From: Cyanophora paradoxa CCMP329
Lineage: Eukaryota > Plantae > Glaucophyta
Reading direction: 5' to 3'
Assembly (NCBI GenBank): GCA_004431415.1
Contig: QPMI01000266.1
Location: 15,457-79,456 of the forward strand
Length of the DNA: 64,000 bases
Of the stretch, positions 1 through 12,515 are shown in pieces; position 1 is the first letter of the stretch; each line of letters opens with the position of its first letter. A program made the position numbers and the translations under genes. The notes under the pieces were generated by a model that saw only the letters and a list, made by a program, of their open reading frames with translations, had not been told where the DNA came from and searched no databases.

Positions 1-757
1 TTTTACTATTATTGCTTAAATTTTTAAATTTAAGAGGACGTAAATACACCCAAGTTTTTATACCAATATTCCCCCTTTTTGAGAATATTGTTTTATAGGA
101 ATATATTATATTTGTATTAATTTTGTGTAAAGGCAATTGAGTTTTTCCTCCAAAAGGATTATTACTCTGTATCCATTCTGTTCGAGCAATTTGAGACTTA
201 CCTAATCTTCCAGACAAATTAATTTTGGCACCCATAATACCATGTTTAAATTTTTTTTGAATGTGATATACGATTGTTCGAAAAATAAATCTATAATTTT
301 TTCTTTGTTTAAAGTATCGAGAAATTAAAATATTAATCATTTCTGGATATAAATTTAAACTTTTACTTCTATATAAAATTAATTTCGTTTTTAAACCGGT
401 TATCGTAACAATCCACTTTTGAATTTTTTTTAAAAGAAATGTTATTTTTTTTTTTAGTTTTTTTTTTCTATATTTAAATTTACTTCTCCTACGTAAACGA
501 AGTTTTGTTCGTGTTTTAAAGAACCATGGTTTGCGAAATGAGAATATTTTTAGAAATATAATTATATTTGAAATACTTTGATATATAATAATATCTGAAA
601 AAATAATTTTCATTTTTTTTAAAATAGATTTTATATATTTTTTTATAATATAATCCTGATTAAAACGTGTAGCATATGCTCCAAGAGTTAAACCGATAGA
701 CGAGTGTATCGTTGTTTTATTTAAACGAAATAATATTGGATTTATTTTTTTGCCCAT
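1..757 (-). CDS. rps3: Ribosomal protein S3 (3' end cut by window edge)
   Basis: ATG at 757 gives MGKKINPILFRL..., in frame with the GAKINLSGRLGKSQIARTEW and GNIGIKTWVY motifs; overlaps the rps19 stop. Confidence 0.9.
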   Translation of the reverse strand, partial: MGKKINPILFRLNKTTIHSSIGLTLGAYATRFNQDYIIKKYIKSILKKMKIIFSDIIIYQSISNIIIFLKIFSFRKPWFFKTRTKLRLRRRSKFKYRKKKLKKKITFLLKKIQKWIVTITGLKTKLILYRSKSLNLYPEMINILISRYFKQRKNYRFIFRTIVYHIQKKFKHGIMGAKINLSGRLGKSQIARTEWIQSNNPFGGKTQLPLHKINTNIIYSYKTIFSKRGNIGIKTWVYLRPLKFKNLSNNSK

Positions 758-1029
758 TTTCTTAAATTTTTTTTATTTTTTTTATGATTACATGGTAATT
801 TTGTTAAACAAAATTCTCCAAGTTTATGTCCAACCATATTTTCAGAAATAAATACCTGAGTAAATTTCTTTCCATTATAAACACCTAATTTATAATTCAC
901 CAAATCATGTGTTATCGTTAAGTCCCTTGACCAAGTTCTACTAATATAATTTTTTATAATTTTATTGTATTGAATAACTTTAAGAATAGAAGTATTAAGA
1001 AATTGACCTTTCCATGAAGAACGGGACAT
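742..1029 (-). CDS. rps19: Ribosomal protein S19
   Basis: MSRSSWKG, TWSR, VYNGK, MVGHKLGEF motifs. Confidence 0.96.
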   Translation of the reverse strand: MSRSSWKGQFLNTSILKVIQYNKIIKNYISRTWSRDLTITHDLVNYKLGVYNGKKFTQVFISENMVGHKLGEFCLTKLPCNHKKNKKNLRKWAKK

Positions 1030-1045
1030 AAGTAAAAATAAAAGT

Positions 1046-1864
1046 TTAAATTCGTTTTTTTAATATATAATATTTTTTATTTTTACTAAAAAAAACAGTT
1101 GGTTTACCTTTTGTTATGCGACTATATGGAGTTACAGAAGGTCTTCCTCCATTAGTTCGACCACCATGAGGATGATCAACTGGATTCATAGCAATACCTC
1201 TAACCATTGGACGGCGATTTAACCATCTAGAACGACCAGCTTTTTCTATTTTTTTTAGTTTATGATCTGGATTTGATAAAACTCCGATTGTTGCTTTACT
1301 GAAGCTACATACCAATCTGATTTCACCTGATGGAAGACGTATTGCTGTATATTTTTGATTTTTAATATTTTCTATATGAGTTTTGTATTTATTGTTTAAT
1401 GGTTTATTATGTGCCATAATTTGTGCATATGTACCTGCAGAACGAACTAATTGGCTCCCCTTGTTTATTTTTAGTTCAATATTATTTACTAATAAACCTG
1501 GATTTATGTTGAAAATATAATTTGAGTTCCCATTTTTTATCATTAAAGTAGAGTCTAATATTTTGTCTGAATTAAATATGACATCACCAATATTTGTTCT
1601 GTTTGGTAGTATTATATTTAATAAAAAACCATAATAATTATACGCTGTTCCTATTATTGTAGAACGGTTTGGATCATATTGTTTATTTATAATTAATGAA
1701 ATTTGCTTAAAATGACGTTTATAATCGATAATATAATAATTTTTTTTATGTCCACCGCCACGATGTTGAATGGTTTTAACACCAGTGTTATTTCTACCAC
1801 CTTTTTTAATACCCAATTTACAAGGTGATTTAAGTAATTTTGAAACAACTTTTATATTATTCAT
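1046..1864 (-). CDS. rpl2: Ribosomal protein L2
   Basis: GGRNNTG, YDPNRS, RLPSGE, RGIAMNPVDHPHGG. Confidence 0.97.
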   Translation of the reverse strand: MNNIKVVSKLLKSPCKLGIKKGGRNNTGVKTIQHRGGGHKKNYYIIDYKRHFKQISLIINKQYDPNRSTIIGTAYNYYGFLLNIILPNRTNIGDVIFNSDKILDSTLMIKNGNSNYIFNINPGLLVNNIELKINKGSQLVRSAGTYAQIMAHNKPLNNKYKTHIENIKNQKYTAIRLPSGEIRLVCSFSKATIGVLSNPDHKLKKIEKAGRSRWLNRRPMVRGIAMNPVDHPHGGRTNGGRPSVTPYSRITKGKPTVFFSKNKKYYILKKRI

Positions 1865-1967
1865 TTTATTAAAATACTTTGATTTAGTATTATATATTTT
1901 TAATCATAAAAATTAATTTTTTTTATATTTAAAATATAATCTAAAACATCCATTAACATTAACCACG

Positions 1968-2043
1968 GGGCGAATAAAGAGGATTGAACTCTTAACTTTC
2001 AGAATCACAACCTGACACTCTAACCAATTAAGTTATATTCGCC
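1968..2043 (-). tRNA. trnH: tRNA-His(GUG)
   Basis: Cloverleaf, anticodon arm TCAGG-TTGTGAT-TCTGA. Confidence 0.92.
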
Positions 2044-2086
2044 CACGACCAATCAATTAAAATAAAAAATTAAATTTAATTATTTA

Positions 2087-2356
<270 letters not shown>

Positions 2357-2411
2357 TTATTTTAATTATATTTTATTTTTTCTTGATTTATTTATACCAA
2401 ACTATTTTATT

Positions 2412-2674
2412 TTATTTAATAAAATTGCTAAATATAGTTTTATTTAACACAATTGAATTAACCTTTAATGTAGTATTATTATTTTGACAAACGCCAATTA
2501 ATGATTTATTTGTATGTTTTTCAAACCATACTAAAAATAAAATAAGCTTTCGCATTTTTTTTGAAGATGAAAACAAAGGAATTATACAATAGATATTTAT
2601 TAAATAAAAAGTTACAAAACAAAAAAAAACCAAGTAATTTGAGATAAATAGATTGTTAAATCTAATTGAGGCAT
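2412..2674 (-). CDS. atp8: ATP synthase subunit 8 (homopolymer frameshift in this copy)
   Basis: MPQLD start; intact in the second copy 53950-54213. Confidence 0.9.
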
Positions 2675-2703
2675 TAACGTTCGTTAAATTTAAAAATAAA
2701 ATT

Positions 2704-3200
2704 TTAATTTATATTATAAATTTTATTAAGTACGGTTTGTATAATTTCAATGCTTCTCTCCTTTTTTATGAAGAAAAAATCAGCTGACGCGTTAAATAAT
2801 TGGTTTATATAATACGATAAGTAATAAACACATTTGTTTTTTATTGAATTACCTAAAAATAGAACCAATACAGTGTAATTATAATTTAAATGAGTTTGAG
2901 AATATTTATTAGAATTTTTATCTAAATTATTTAAACTCATTAATCGTTTTTTTACATATATCATAGTAATAAATTTATACATAATACTAGTAATAAATTG
3001 TAATCTTTGTGTTTCTAAATTAAATTTAATTTGAGACGGCATTTTTTTAATTCGAATAACGTACACGAGCAATATAAAAAAGCAAAAGAGAACAATTGAT
3101 TCTTCTTGTAATACAAAAATTCTTTTGCCAATATAAAAAACACAACTATTGGGAGTAATAAACGGTTTAGCCATCGACCTAAATACGATTTAATACGCAT
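2704..3200 (-). CDS. atp4: ATP synthase subunit 4 (b, ymf39); homopolymer frameshift in this copy
   Basis: KEFFVLQEESIVLFCF motif, adjacent to atp8; intact at 54243-54740. Confidence 0.85.
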
Positions 3201-3209
3201 TAAGTTGAC

Positions 3210-3374
3210 TTAGATGTCATCCTTTATTAGGTCAATAAGAAAAAATATTGCCATCATGAACATCAAGTCACTTGATACGTAAATTAATTCGTATTTGACT
3301 CCTAAAAAAAACATTAAACCGAGTACACTAAGGAATAATACTAATACTAAATCACTTTTTCGTCTTGGATCCAT
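3210..3374 (-). CDS. Hypothetical 54-aa protein with two hydrophobic segments
   Basis: ATG just after trnG (MDPRRKSDLVLVLFLSVLG...), fills the trnG-atp4 gap, co-oriented, identical in both copies. Confidence 0.5.
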   Translation of the reverse strand: MDPRRKSDLVLVLFLSVLGLMFFLGVKYELIYVSSDLMFMMAIFFLIDLIKDDI

Positions 3375-3382
3375 TTTTTTTT

Positions 3383-3453
3383 TACAGATAATGGGACTCG
3401 AACCCATAAAAATTGCTTGGAAGGCAATCAATTTACCATTAATTTATATCTGT
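3383..3453 (-). tRNA. trnG: tRNA-Gly(UCC)
   Basis: Anticodon arm ATTGC-CTTCCAA-GCAAT, T loop TTCGAGT. Confidence 0.92.
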
Positions 3454-3497
3454 TGGGGTAGATGCTATAATTTATAGTATATATATCTTATATTAAA

Positions 3498-3568
3498 CTT
3501 CCTAGATAAGACTTGAACTTATAACATTGCAGTTAACAGCCGCACGCTCTACCATTAAGCTACTAGGA
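3498..3568 (-). tRNA. trnN: tRNA-Asn(GUU), copy a
   Basis: Anticodon arm TGCGG-CTGTTAA-CTGCA. Confidence 0.92.
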
Positions 3569-3614
3569 ATTAAAAATAGGTTACATTTTACACACATTAT
3601 AAATATTTTATAAT

Positions 3615-5611
3615 CTAATTTTTTAATGATGAACCAATTACTGCTAGAATAAATATTAAAACTAAATTAGTTGAAACATACAACATTTTCTGTATTATTA
3701 CAATAACAGTAAATAAAGTTATTGTAATACCTAATAGTATTATAAATAAATAATGATACATTAGGCCAGATTGTATGCTACTTATGTTCTTTGATAAATA
3801 CGTAAAATTTGTTATTAATCCAGTTGGTCCAAATATTTCTAGTATACCACGATCAATGAATTTAAATGTAATTTTATACCCAAAAGATATAATCGGTAAC
3901 GCAATAAATTCATTATAGATTTTATCAAAATACCAACGTTTATTTAAAAAAGTATAAAATTTTATGTAAAATATTTTTACTATAAATATTTTTTTAATTA
4001 AAAAATTATAAAAGCAGAATGCAATAATTAACCCCCCAAAACTAAAAACAACAGGTGTTAATTTATTATAAACTGGAATAAATTCAGATTCTAAAACAAA
4101 ATTATTTTCCGGTAAAATAAAAATCGAATTATTCCAAAACGATGTTCCTACCCAATAAACATATCACGAAAAAGATAACCTACAAAAATACTAGCTAAAG
4201 CCAAAACACCAAGCGGAAATGTTATAAAAAAATTACTTTCTGATGCATGACTATAAGTGTGCTTATATCCATTTGGTTTTGCTAAAAATGCCCAAAAAAT
4301 AAGCCTAAATGAATAGAATGCTGTACAAAATGCCGATAATACACCTAAAATATATGCAAATGTACCTTTAATTAAATAAGTTGAAAATGTTAACTCTAGA
4401 ATCATATCCTTAGAATAAAAACCAGTTAAAAAAGGAAATCCGGTCAATGATAAAGAACCAACTAATAACATAGAATAACTAAATGGTAATATATAAGCTA
4501 ATCCACCCATTTTTCTAAAATCTTGCTCATCATGTACTGCATGTATCAAAGAACCTGCAGTTAAAAAAAGAAGAGCTTTAAAAAAAGCATGATTTGCTAA
4601 ATGAAATAAACTTGTTGAGTAACCAGAAATACCACAAACAAAAACCATATAACCTAATTGACTACAGGTTGAATACGCTATTACACGCTTAGCATCATTT
4701 TGTAATAAACCAGTAGTTGCTGCAAAAAACGCAGTTAAAGCACCTAAAATTGTTAAAATGTCAAGAGCAGTCTCCGAAAATTCAAATAAAAATGAACAAC
4801 GAATAATTAAGAATACACCTGCTGTAACCATTGTTGCTGCGTGTATCAATGCTGATACCGGTGTTGGACCTTCCATAGCATCAGGCAACCAAGTATGTAG
4901 CCCAATTTGAGCAGATTTACCAACAGCACCAATAAATAATAGTAAGCAAATACAAGTAATTAAATTTATTTTTATATTAAAAAAATAAAATGAATTATCC
5001 ACAAATAGTAAAATGCTTGAAAAAATCACATGATAATCAAGACTTTTACATACATAAAAAAGAGCCATAATTCCTAAACTAAGTCCAAAATCACCTATTC
5101 TATTCATAACCATTGCTTTTAAAGCCGCTTTATTTGCTTGTATACGATTAAAAAAGAAATTGATTAATAAATATGAACACAATCCAACACCTTCCCATCC
5201 AACAAACATCTGTACCATATTATCTGCTGTTACCAAAATTAACATAAAAAATGTAAAGAATGACAAATAACTCATGAAACGACCTAAATGTGGATCAGAT
5301 CCCATATATTCAATTGAATAAAAATGAACTAAAAAACTAATAGAGGTAACCACAATAAGCATTGTGCAAGTTACACTATCAAATAAAAATCCCCAAAATA
5401 CTATTAAATTCTCACCGAATAACCACGGTAATGTTTGAATATAACATGAATTTTGCAATAATGCAATATAGTAAAAACTTTTTATTGATAAAATAAACGT
5501 AAATCCTAAAAGACTGGTGCATATATATGCAGCGTATTTATTTCCAATAAAACGAACAAAAAAAGCGACTAGTGCGCTTATAAGTGGTAAGAAAACAAGT
5601 GTAAGATACAT
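3615..5611 (-). CDS. nad5: NADH dehydrogenase subunit 5 (1-nt indel near 4150 in this copy)
   Basis: [35 protein letters not shown]; full 665 aa at 55155-57152. Confidence 0.97.
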
Positions 5612-5707
5612 GGTTTAATTTTAGATTAAAAAATATATATTAATTAATTTATTAAATTCACTACTACTTGAAAAAAAAAATATAATAATATAAAAAACAT
5701 AGTATTT

Positions 5708-5781
5708 TGGGCTTAAGTAGACTTGAACTACTGGCTTTACGCTTATCAGGCGTATACTCTAACCAACTGAGTTATAAGCCC
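5708..5781 (-). tRNA. trnI: tRNA-Ile(GAU)
   Basis: Anticodon arm TACGC-CTGATAA-GCGTA. Confidence 0.93.
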
Positions 5782-5819
5782 AAAATGGTAAAAATAAATT
5801 ATCTTTTATAAAATAAAAA

Positions 5820-6574
5820 TTAATGTAAATAAATTACATCATTTAAATATATACAAATTAATACGCTAAAAACATACGCCTGTAAAACGGCAACCCCAAT
5901 TCTAAGACATAAATAGCTGTTATTATAATAATAGGGACTATTTCAAGCATATAAAAAATACCACCAATTTGTAACATAATATATGCAAAACCGGCTAAAA
6001 TTTTTACAAGTGCATGTCCTGCCATCATATTTGCAAAAAGTCGAATAGCTAAACTAAATCCACGAGATATATAACTAATGGATTCAATAACAAAAAGGAG
6101 TGGTAATAGTATTATAGGTACACCTTTTGGTATAAATAAAAGTAAGAATCTAATCCCATGAGTATAAATACCATAAATTGTTAACCCTATAAAAAATGAT
6201 AAAGATAACCCTAATGTTATAATAATATGACTTGTAAATGTAAAAGAAAACGGAACCATTCCGATTAAATTACCTAAAGCAATAAATAAAAATAAAGTAA
6301 ATACTAAAGGAAAAAACAATCTTCCCTTTTTGCCATTAATTTCAGTTACTAAATTGATAAATAAAAAATCATAAATTGATTCTACAAATACTTGCCAACG
6401 ATCGGGAAAAACTTTTTTAAAGCTTATTGCGCCGCCTGCAATAAGTAGTAAACAAAAACATGTTAATAGCATATAGAACGATGAATTTGTTAGTGAGATA
6501 GTGTATTTTGGTCCAAATAGGCTAAATGGAAATAATGTAACTATATTGAATTGTTCAATGGGGTTTGATAACAT
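5820..6574 (-). CDS. atp6: ATP synthase subunit 6 (1-nt indel near 3' end in this copy)
   Basis: SLAIRLFANMMAGH; intact at 57362-58117. Confidence 0.97.
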
Positions 6575-6661
6575 AAATTTTAATTATAACTATTAGAAAT
6601 AAACATAAGAATATATGTAAAAAAAAAATATATATATATATACATAATTATATACATAATC
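6575..6661. promoter_or_regulatory. Divergent intergenic region atp6/sdh3, probable bidirectional promoter
   Basis: Strand switch point; carries TGTATATAATTA (minus, 6645-6656), also found at the other divergence point, and CATAAGAAT (plus, 6604-6612). Confidence 0.45.
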
Positions 6662-7096
6662 ATGATTAACAAATTGAAAATAATATCGCCTCATTTAAAT
6701 ATATACAATTTAGAATTGCAATCAGGATTATCTATATTAAATAGAATTTGTGGTTTAATACTAACGTTATTTATATTTTATTTCATAATAATGGATACTT
6801 TATTATATGAAACTTTTATAATTACTCATTTTTCATATATTCTTTATTATTTATTTGACTTAATACAGGAAGAATATGAATTTACTATTGGTGTGACAAT
6901 GAGTTTAATCATACTAATACATTTCTTTTGTGGAATTCGCCATATAATCTGGGATTTAAATATAGGTTTAACAAAAAAAGCATTAAAAATCAGTCATTTA
7001 ATAATTATTACTATTATTTTAACTTCGCTTACACTTGATGTTTTTTTCCAAACATTATTTACTTTAATAGATAATAACTATTTTGAATTAGAATAA
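6662..7096 (+). CDS. sdh3: Succinate dehydrogenase subunit 3
   Basis: [28 protein letters not shown]. Confidence 0.93.
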   Translation: MINKLKIISPHLNIYNLELQSGLSILNRICGLILTLFIFYFIIMDTLLYETFIITHFSYILYYLFDLIQEEYEFTIGVTMSLIILIHFFCGIRHIIWDLNIGLTKKALKISHLIIITIILTSLTLDVFFQTLFTLIDNNYFELE

Positions 7097-7127
7097 TACT
7101 AAGAATTTGTTTTTTCCAATTTATTTT

Positions 7128-7500
7128 ATGCCAACAATAAATCAATTAACTATAAATCGAAGACACAAAAAAAAAAAAAAAGTAAATCACCTGCATTAAA
7201 AAAATCACCCCAAAAAAAGGGGTTTGTCTACAAGTAAGAATAACTACACCAAAAAAACCTAATTCTGCAAAAAGGAAAGTTGCTCGAATAAAGCTTAAAA
7301 ATAACAGAACAATAACGGCATATATACCTGGGGAAGGCCACAATTTACAGCGTTATTCTAATGTACTAGTTCGCGGTGGGCGTGTAAAAGATTTACCTGG
7401 GGTAAAATATCATATAATACGTGGTAAATTTGATCTGGTAGGAGTGAAAAATAGACGATCTAGCCGTTCTAAATATGGTATTAGGAAAAGGATGTATTAA
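7128..7500 (+). CDS. rps12: Ribosomal protein S12 (homopolymer frameshift in this copy)
   Basis: [26 protein letters not shown]; intact at 58672-59046. Confidence 0.95.
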
Positions 7501-7560
7501 TATTTTTTATTTTAATTTCCTATAAAAATAATTTATAAATTCATTTAGTATAATAAAACA

Positions 7561-7985
7561 ATGATTAGCTCAAAATTTTTGGTACTAAAAATTATCAATA
7601 ATTTAACAAAAAATGGAAAAAAATTCATGGCTGAACGAGTGATGTGTAACTTACTTAATTTATTACAAAAAAATATAATATAAATCCAATAAAAATTTTA
7701 TGGATTGTTTTAAAAAAAATAAAACCAAGTGTTGAAATGATCAATAGACGTAAAAGCGGTAAGATCTATCAAATACCAAAAATTATAAAACCAAAAAGAC
7801 AGCTTAAAATAGCAATTAAATGGCTATTTAATAATAACTATTCACAAAAAAAAAATACATTAGAATATAATTTATTCAATGAAATCAATGGTATTATTAA
7901 TCTAAAAAGTGAATGTTTAAAAAAAAAAGAAAAACTTCACCGATTAGCGGAATCCAATAGAATTTACTTGCATTATCGTTGGTAA
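7561..7985 (+). CDS. rps7: Ribosomal protein S7 (indel in this copy)
   Basis: KNGKK..AE, YQIP, LHRLAESNR..HYRW; intact at 59107-59532. Confidence 0.93.
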
Positions 7986-8032
7986 TTGTAAAATAATTAC
8001 TAAAAACTATATACATACAGCAGAATTAATAT

Positions 8033-8356
8033 ATGATCAAAATTTACATTTTCTCACATTACTTTTTAGCGATAAATTTTTTTGTAAAAACAATAACCTA
8101 TTGTTTAAGCTTAAAAAAAATACCTTTTAAAGTATACCCTCAACCAAAAAAGTGTTCAATATTGACTACATTAAGATCCCCTCATGTAAATAAAAATTCA
8201 ATGGAACATTTTAAAATAGAAAAATTTAAATATATAATCGAAATTAATAACATAAACAACAAAATATCTAAAAAAATTTTTAACAAATTATATTATTATT
8301 GTCCAGCTGGTTTAACTTTTTATATTAAATATCAAACAAATGAGTTTAAAAAATAA
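8033..8356 (+). CDS. rps10: Ribosomal protein S10
   Basis: TTLRSPHVNKNSMEHF motif. Confidence 0.92.
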   Translation: MIKIYIFSHYFLAINFFVKTITYCLSLKKIPFKVYPQPKKCSILTTLRSPHVNKNSMEHFKIEKFKYIIEINNINNKISKKIFNKLYYYCPAGLTFYIKYQTNEFKK

Positions 8357-8372
8357 ATAATTTAATAATTTT

Positions 8373-8445
8373 GGGTGTATAGCTCAGTAGGTAGAGCATT
8401 TGACTTTTAATCAAGTGGTCTTAGGTTCAACCCCTAATACACCCA
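8373..8445 (+). tRNA. trnK: tRNA-Lys(UUU)
   Basis: Anticodon loop CTTTTAA, acceptor GGGTGTA/TACACCC. Confidence 0.93.
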
Positions 8446-8486
8446 AAATAAAAGATATTTTTAATACTGTAACATATATTTTAATT

Positions 8487-8568
8487 ACTTCTATGGTGAA
8501 ACTGGTAGACACAAAAAACTCAAAATTTTTTGCCGAAAGGTGTGTTGGTTCAAATCCGACTAGAAGTA
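8487..8568 (+). tRNA. trnL: tRNA-Leu(CAA)
   Basis: AAAAA-CTCAAAA-TTTTT, long variable arm. Confidence 0.9.
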
Positions 8569-8598
8569 ATTTATTTTAATATTTCTTTATTATATATA

Positions 8599-8634
8599 AA
8601 TACAGTTTAGTCGTAATTTTGACTAAACTGTATT
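8599..8634. terminator. 14-bp perfect stem-loop between convergent transcription units
   Basis: AATACAGTTTAGTC-8 nt-GACTAAACTGTATT between trnL(+) and cox1(-). Confidence 0.65.
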
Positions 8635-8652
8635 ATATTTATTTAATTTAAA

Positions 8653-10257
<1,605 letters not shown>

Positions 10258-10314
10258 TTATATATATAACAATATTTTCATATTGTTAATTATAATGTTT
10301 TTCATTATAATTTT

Positions 10315-10389
10315 TCAGGGTGGAAGGATTTGAACCTTCGACCTTCTGTACCCAAAACAGTTACGCTAACCAAACTGCGCTACACCCCG
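10315..10389 (-). tRNA. trnP: tRNA-Pro(UGG)
   Basis: Anticodon loop TTTGGGT. Confidence 0.93.
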
Positions 10390-10476
10390 ATATTTAGATA
10401 AAATGATAATATTTTTTTATTATACTAAGATTATACTGGCAATATTATTATATGATTATAATACTATTTAAATTTG

Positions 10477-12003
10477 TTAAATTGACATGATTATAATATC
10501 TAATAGAACATTAGGGCATAAAAAGAAAAAAAGTATAAATAATAAAATTAATCCTAATATTAATGATTTTTCACGATCTATATCTAATAGAATTGAATAA
10601 TTATTTATTTTTTCAAAATACATGCTTTTTATCACGCGCAAATAATAAAAACAAGAAACGGCACTAGTTAGTATTCCTACAAGTGATAAAAAATATTTTT
10701 CTTGTGTTATTGCTGCAATAAAAATATATAATTTTGCAAAAAATCCAGCTAAGGGCGGTATACCAGCCATTGATAATAGGATAAGTGTTAAACTTAAAGC
10801 TAATATAGGATTAATAATATTTAAGGCTTTTATATCTGTAATGTATTTAAGTAAAGTTACTCCAAAAGTTTTACGTAATGAAAGTAATATTAAAAAAAAA
10901 GCAATAGATGTTGTTATATAAACTATAATATACAAAATTGTTGCTTGAAAACCTTCTAAACCATAAACAATTAAATACAATCCAATTAATATATAGCCGA
11001 TATTAGTAATTGTACTATATGCTGCAAGTCTTTTTAGTCGTTTTTGATATAAAGCTCCAAATGAGCCAATAATTAAAGATAGTATAGCAGTTATAAAAAA
11101 AATGTTAGAATTTATATCTAAATTAAACAATATCGGAAAAAAAGGTATTGTTATTAATTTTATTAAAAAAAAAATACTGCCTATTTTTGAAGCAGTAGAT
11201 AAATACGCTGTAATAGATGTGGGTGATCCTTCGTAAACATCCGGTGCCCATATATGGAATGGTGCTGCATTTATTTTAAATAAAAAACCAATAATAATTA
11301 AAATATTTGCGAATAATAAACCTGATAATTCATAAGTATCATGTGTAATTATGTTATTATTTCGAAATTCAAAAAAATATATTGAAAAAAAAACGTTTAT
11401 TTTATCAAAATATAATGTACCCGAAATTCCATAAATTAAGCTTAATCCAAATAGCAAAATACCTGAGGAAAAAGCACTTAAAATCAAATATTTAATACTT
11501 GCTTCTAAACTTTTTTCAGAATTTCTTTTTATAGCTATTAAAATATACATAGCTAATGTTTGTAGTTCTAATGCCATATAAGCGGAAAATAAATTAAAGG
11601 AATTAATTAATAAAATAGAAGCAATAATAACAAAACTCAATAATACCACATATTCATATTGATTAATTTTTTCATTTTTTACATAATTAAGAGAAGAAAA
11701 TAAAACAATAATTGAAATTATAAACAAAAAAATTTTAGTAAATGTATAAAACCCATTTAGTTGTAAAACTTTATCAAATAAAAAAATATTTTGTAAATTT
11801 ATACTATCTATAAGTAATAATATATATATGCTTGCGCTTAAAATTAAAAGCCATATTGCATTTTTAATTAAAATGGGTTGTTTAGTACTAGAAGATAAAT
11901 TATACCAAAAAAGGCCAAAAACCAGAAGTATTAAAATATTTATACAAAAATAGAATTCAGGTATAAAATATATAAAATGATTGTAATGAAATAAATATGA
12001 CAT
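10477..12003 (-). CDS. nad2: NADH dehydrogenase subunit 2
   Basis: FKINAAPFHIWAPDVYEGSPT, SMAGIPPLAGFFAK. Confidence 0.97.
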   Translation of the reverse strand: MSYLFHYNHFIYFIPEFYFCINILILLVFGLFWYNLSSSTKQPILIKNAIWLLILSASIYILLLIDSINLQNIFLFDKVLQLNGFYTFTKIFLFIISIIVLFSSLNYVKNEKINQYEYVVLLSFVIIASILLINSFNLFSAYMALELQTLAMYILIAIKRNSEKSLEASIKYLILSAFSSGILLFGLSLIYGISGTLYFDKINVFFSIYFFEFRNNNIITHDTYELSGLLFANILIIIGFLFKINAAPFHIWAPDVYEGSPTSITAYLSTASKIGSIFFLIKLITIPFFPILFNLDINSNIFFITAILSLIIGSFGALYQKRLKRLAAYSTITNIGYILIGLYLIVYGLEGFQATILYIIVYITTSIAFFLILLSLRKTFGVTLLKYITDIKALNIINPILALSLTLILLSMAGIPPLAGFFAKLYIFIAAITQEKYFLSLVGILTSAVSCFYYLRVIKSMYFEKINNYSILLDIDREKSLILGLILLFILFFFLCPNVLLDIIIMSI

Positions 12004-12051
12004 ATAGAGTTTTCAGTATTAATATAATAAAATATTAAATAATAAAATATA

Positions 12052-12123
12052 AGGCTAAAAAAGGAATTGAACCTTTATTCTAAAATTTGCAATTTTATAC
12101 ATTACCAATTATGTTATTTAGCC
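12052..12123 (-). tRNA. trnC: tRNA-Cys(GCA)
   Basis: TAAAA-TTGCAAA-TTTTA. Confidence 0.92.
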
Positions 12124-12213
12124 GGAATATTATAGATTTATATTAATACTTATATATAAAATGTTATGTTTTTGTATACTGTATATAATTAAAATACTAA
12201 TTCTTATTTTTAT
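12124..12213. promoter_or_regulatory. Divergent intergenic region trnC/trnQ, probable bidirectional promoter
   Basis: Strand switch; ATATAAGTA on minus (12147-12155) and TGTATATAATTA on plus (12180-12191). Confidence 0.45.
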
Positions 12214-12285
12214 TGGGATATAGCCAAGTGGTAAGGCTACGGATTTTGAATTCGTTATTCAAAGGTTCGAATCCTTTTATCCCAT
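12214..12285 (+). tRNA. trnQ: tRNA-Gln(UUG)
   Basis: ACGGA-TTTTGAA-TTCGT. Confidence 0.92.
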
Positions 12286-12321
12286 TTCTAATTTTGTTAT
12301 ATTAAAAAATTCATAATAAAA

Positions 12322-12395
12322 ATGCTTGTAGCTCAACAGGATAGAGCAACAGATTACGAAATTGGAGGTTGAGAGTTCAAATCTTTCCAAGCATG
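12322..12395 (+). tRNA. trnR: tRNA-Arg(ACG), poorly paired anticodon stem
   Basis: Acceptor ATGCTTG/CAAGCAT, loop TTACGAA, stem ACAGA/ATTGG. Confidence 0.82.
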
Positions 12396-12515
12396 CTTCT
12401 ATTTAAAACACGTATATATATAATAAAATTTTTTGTACTTAATTATTTATTATATAATTAAATATTTGAATATAAAAATAATTATATATTATATAATTTA
12501 TTAAAAATCGAATCA

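Noticed and set aside
2412-7985. Many frameshifted core genes suggesting programmed frameshifting or insertional editing
   Set aside because: Each is intact in the overlap copy and the indels fall mostly in homopolymers, so they are sequencing errors
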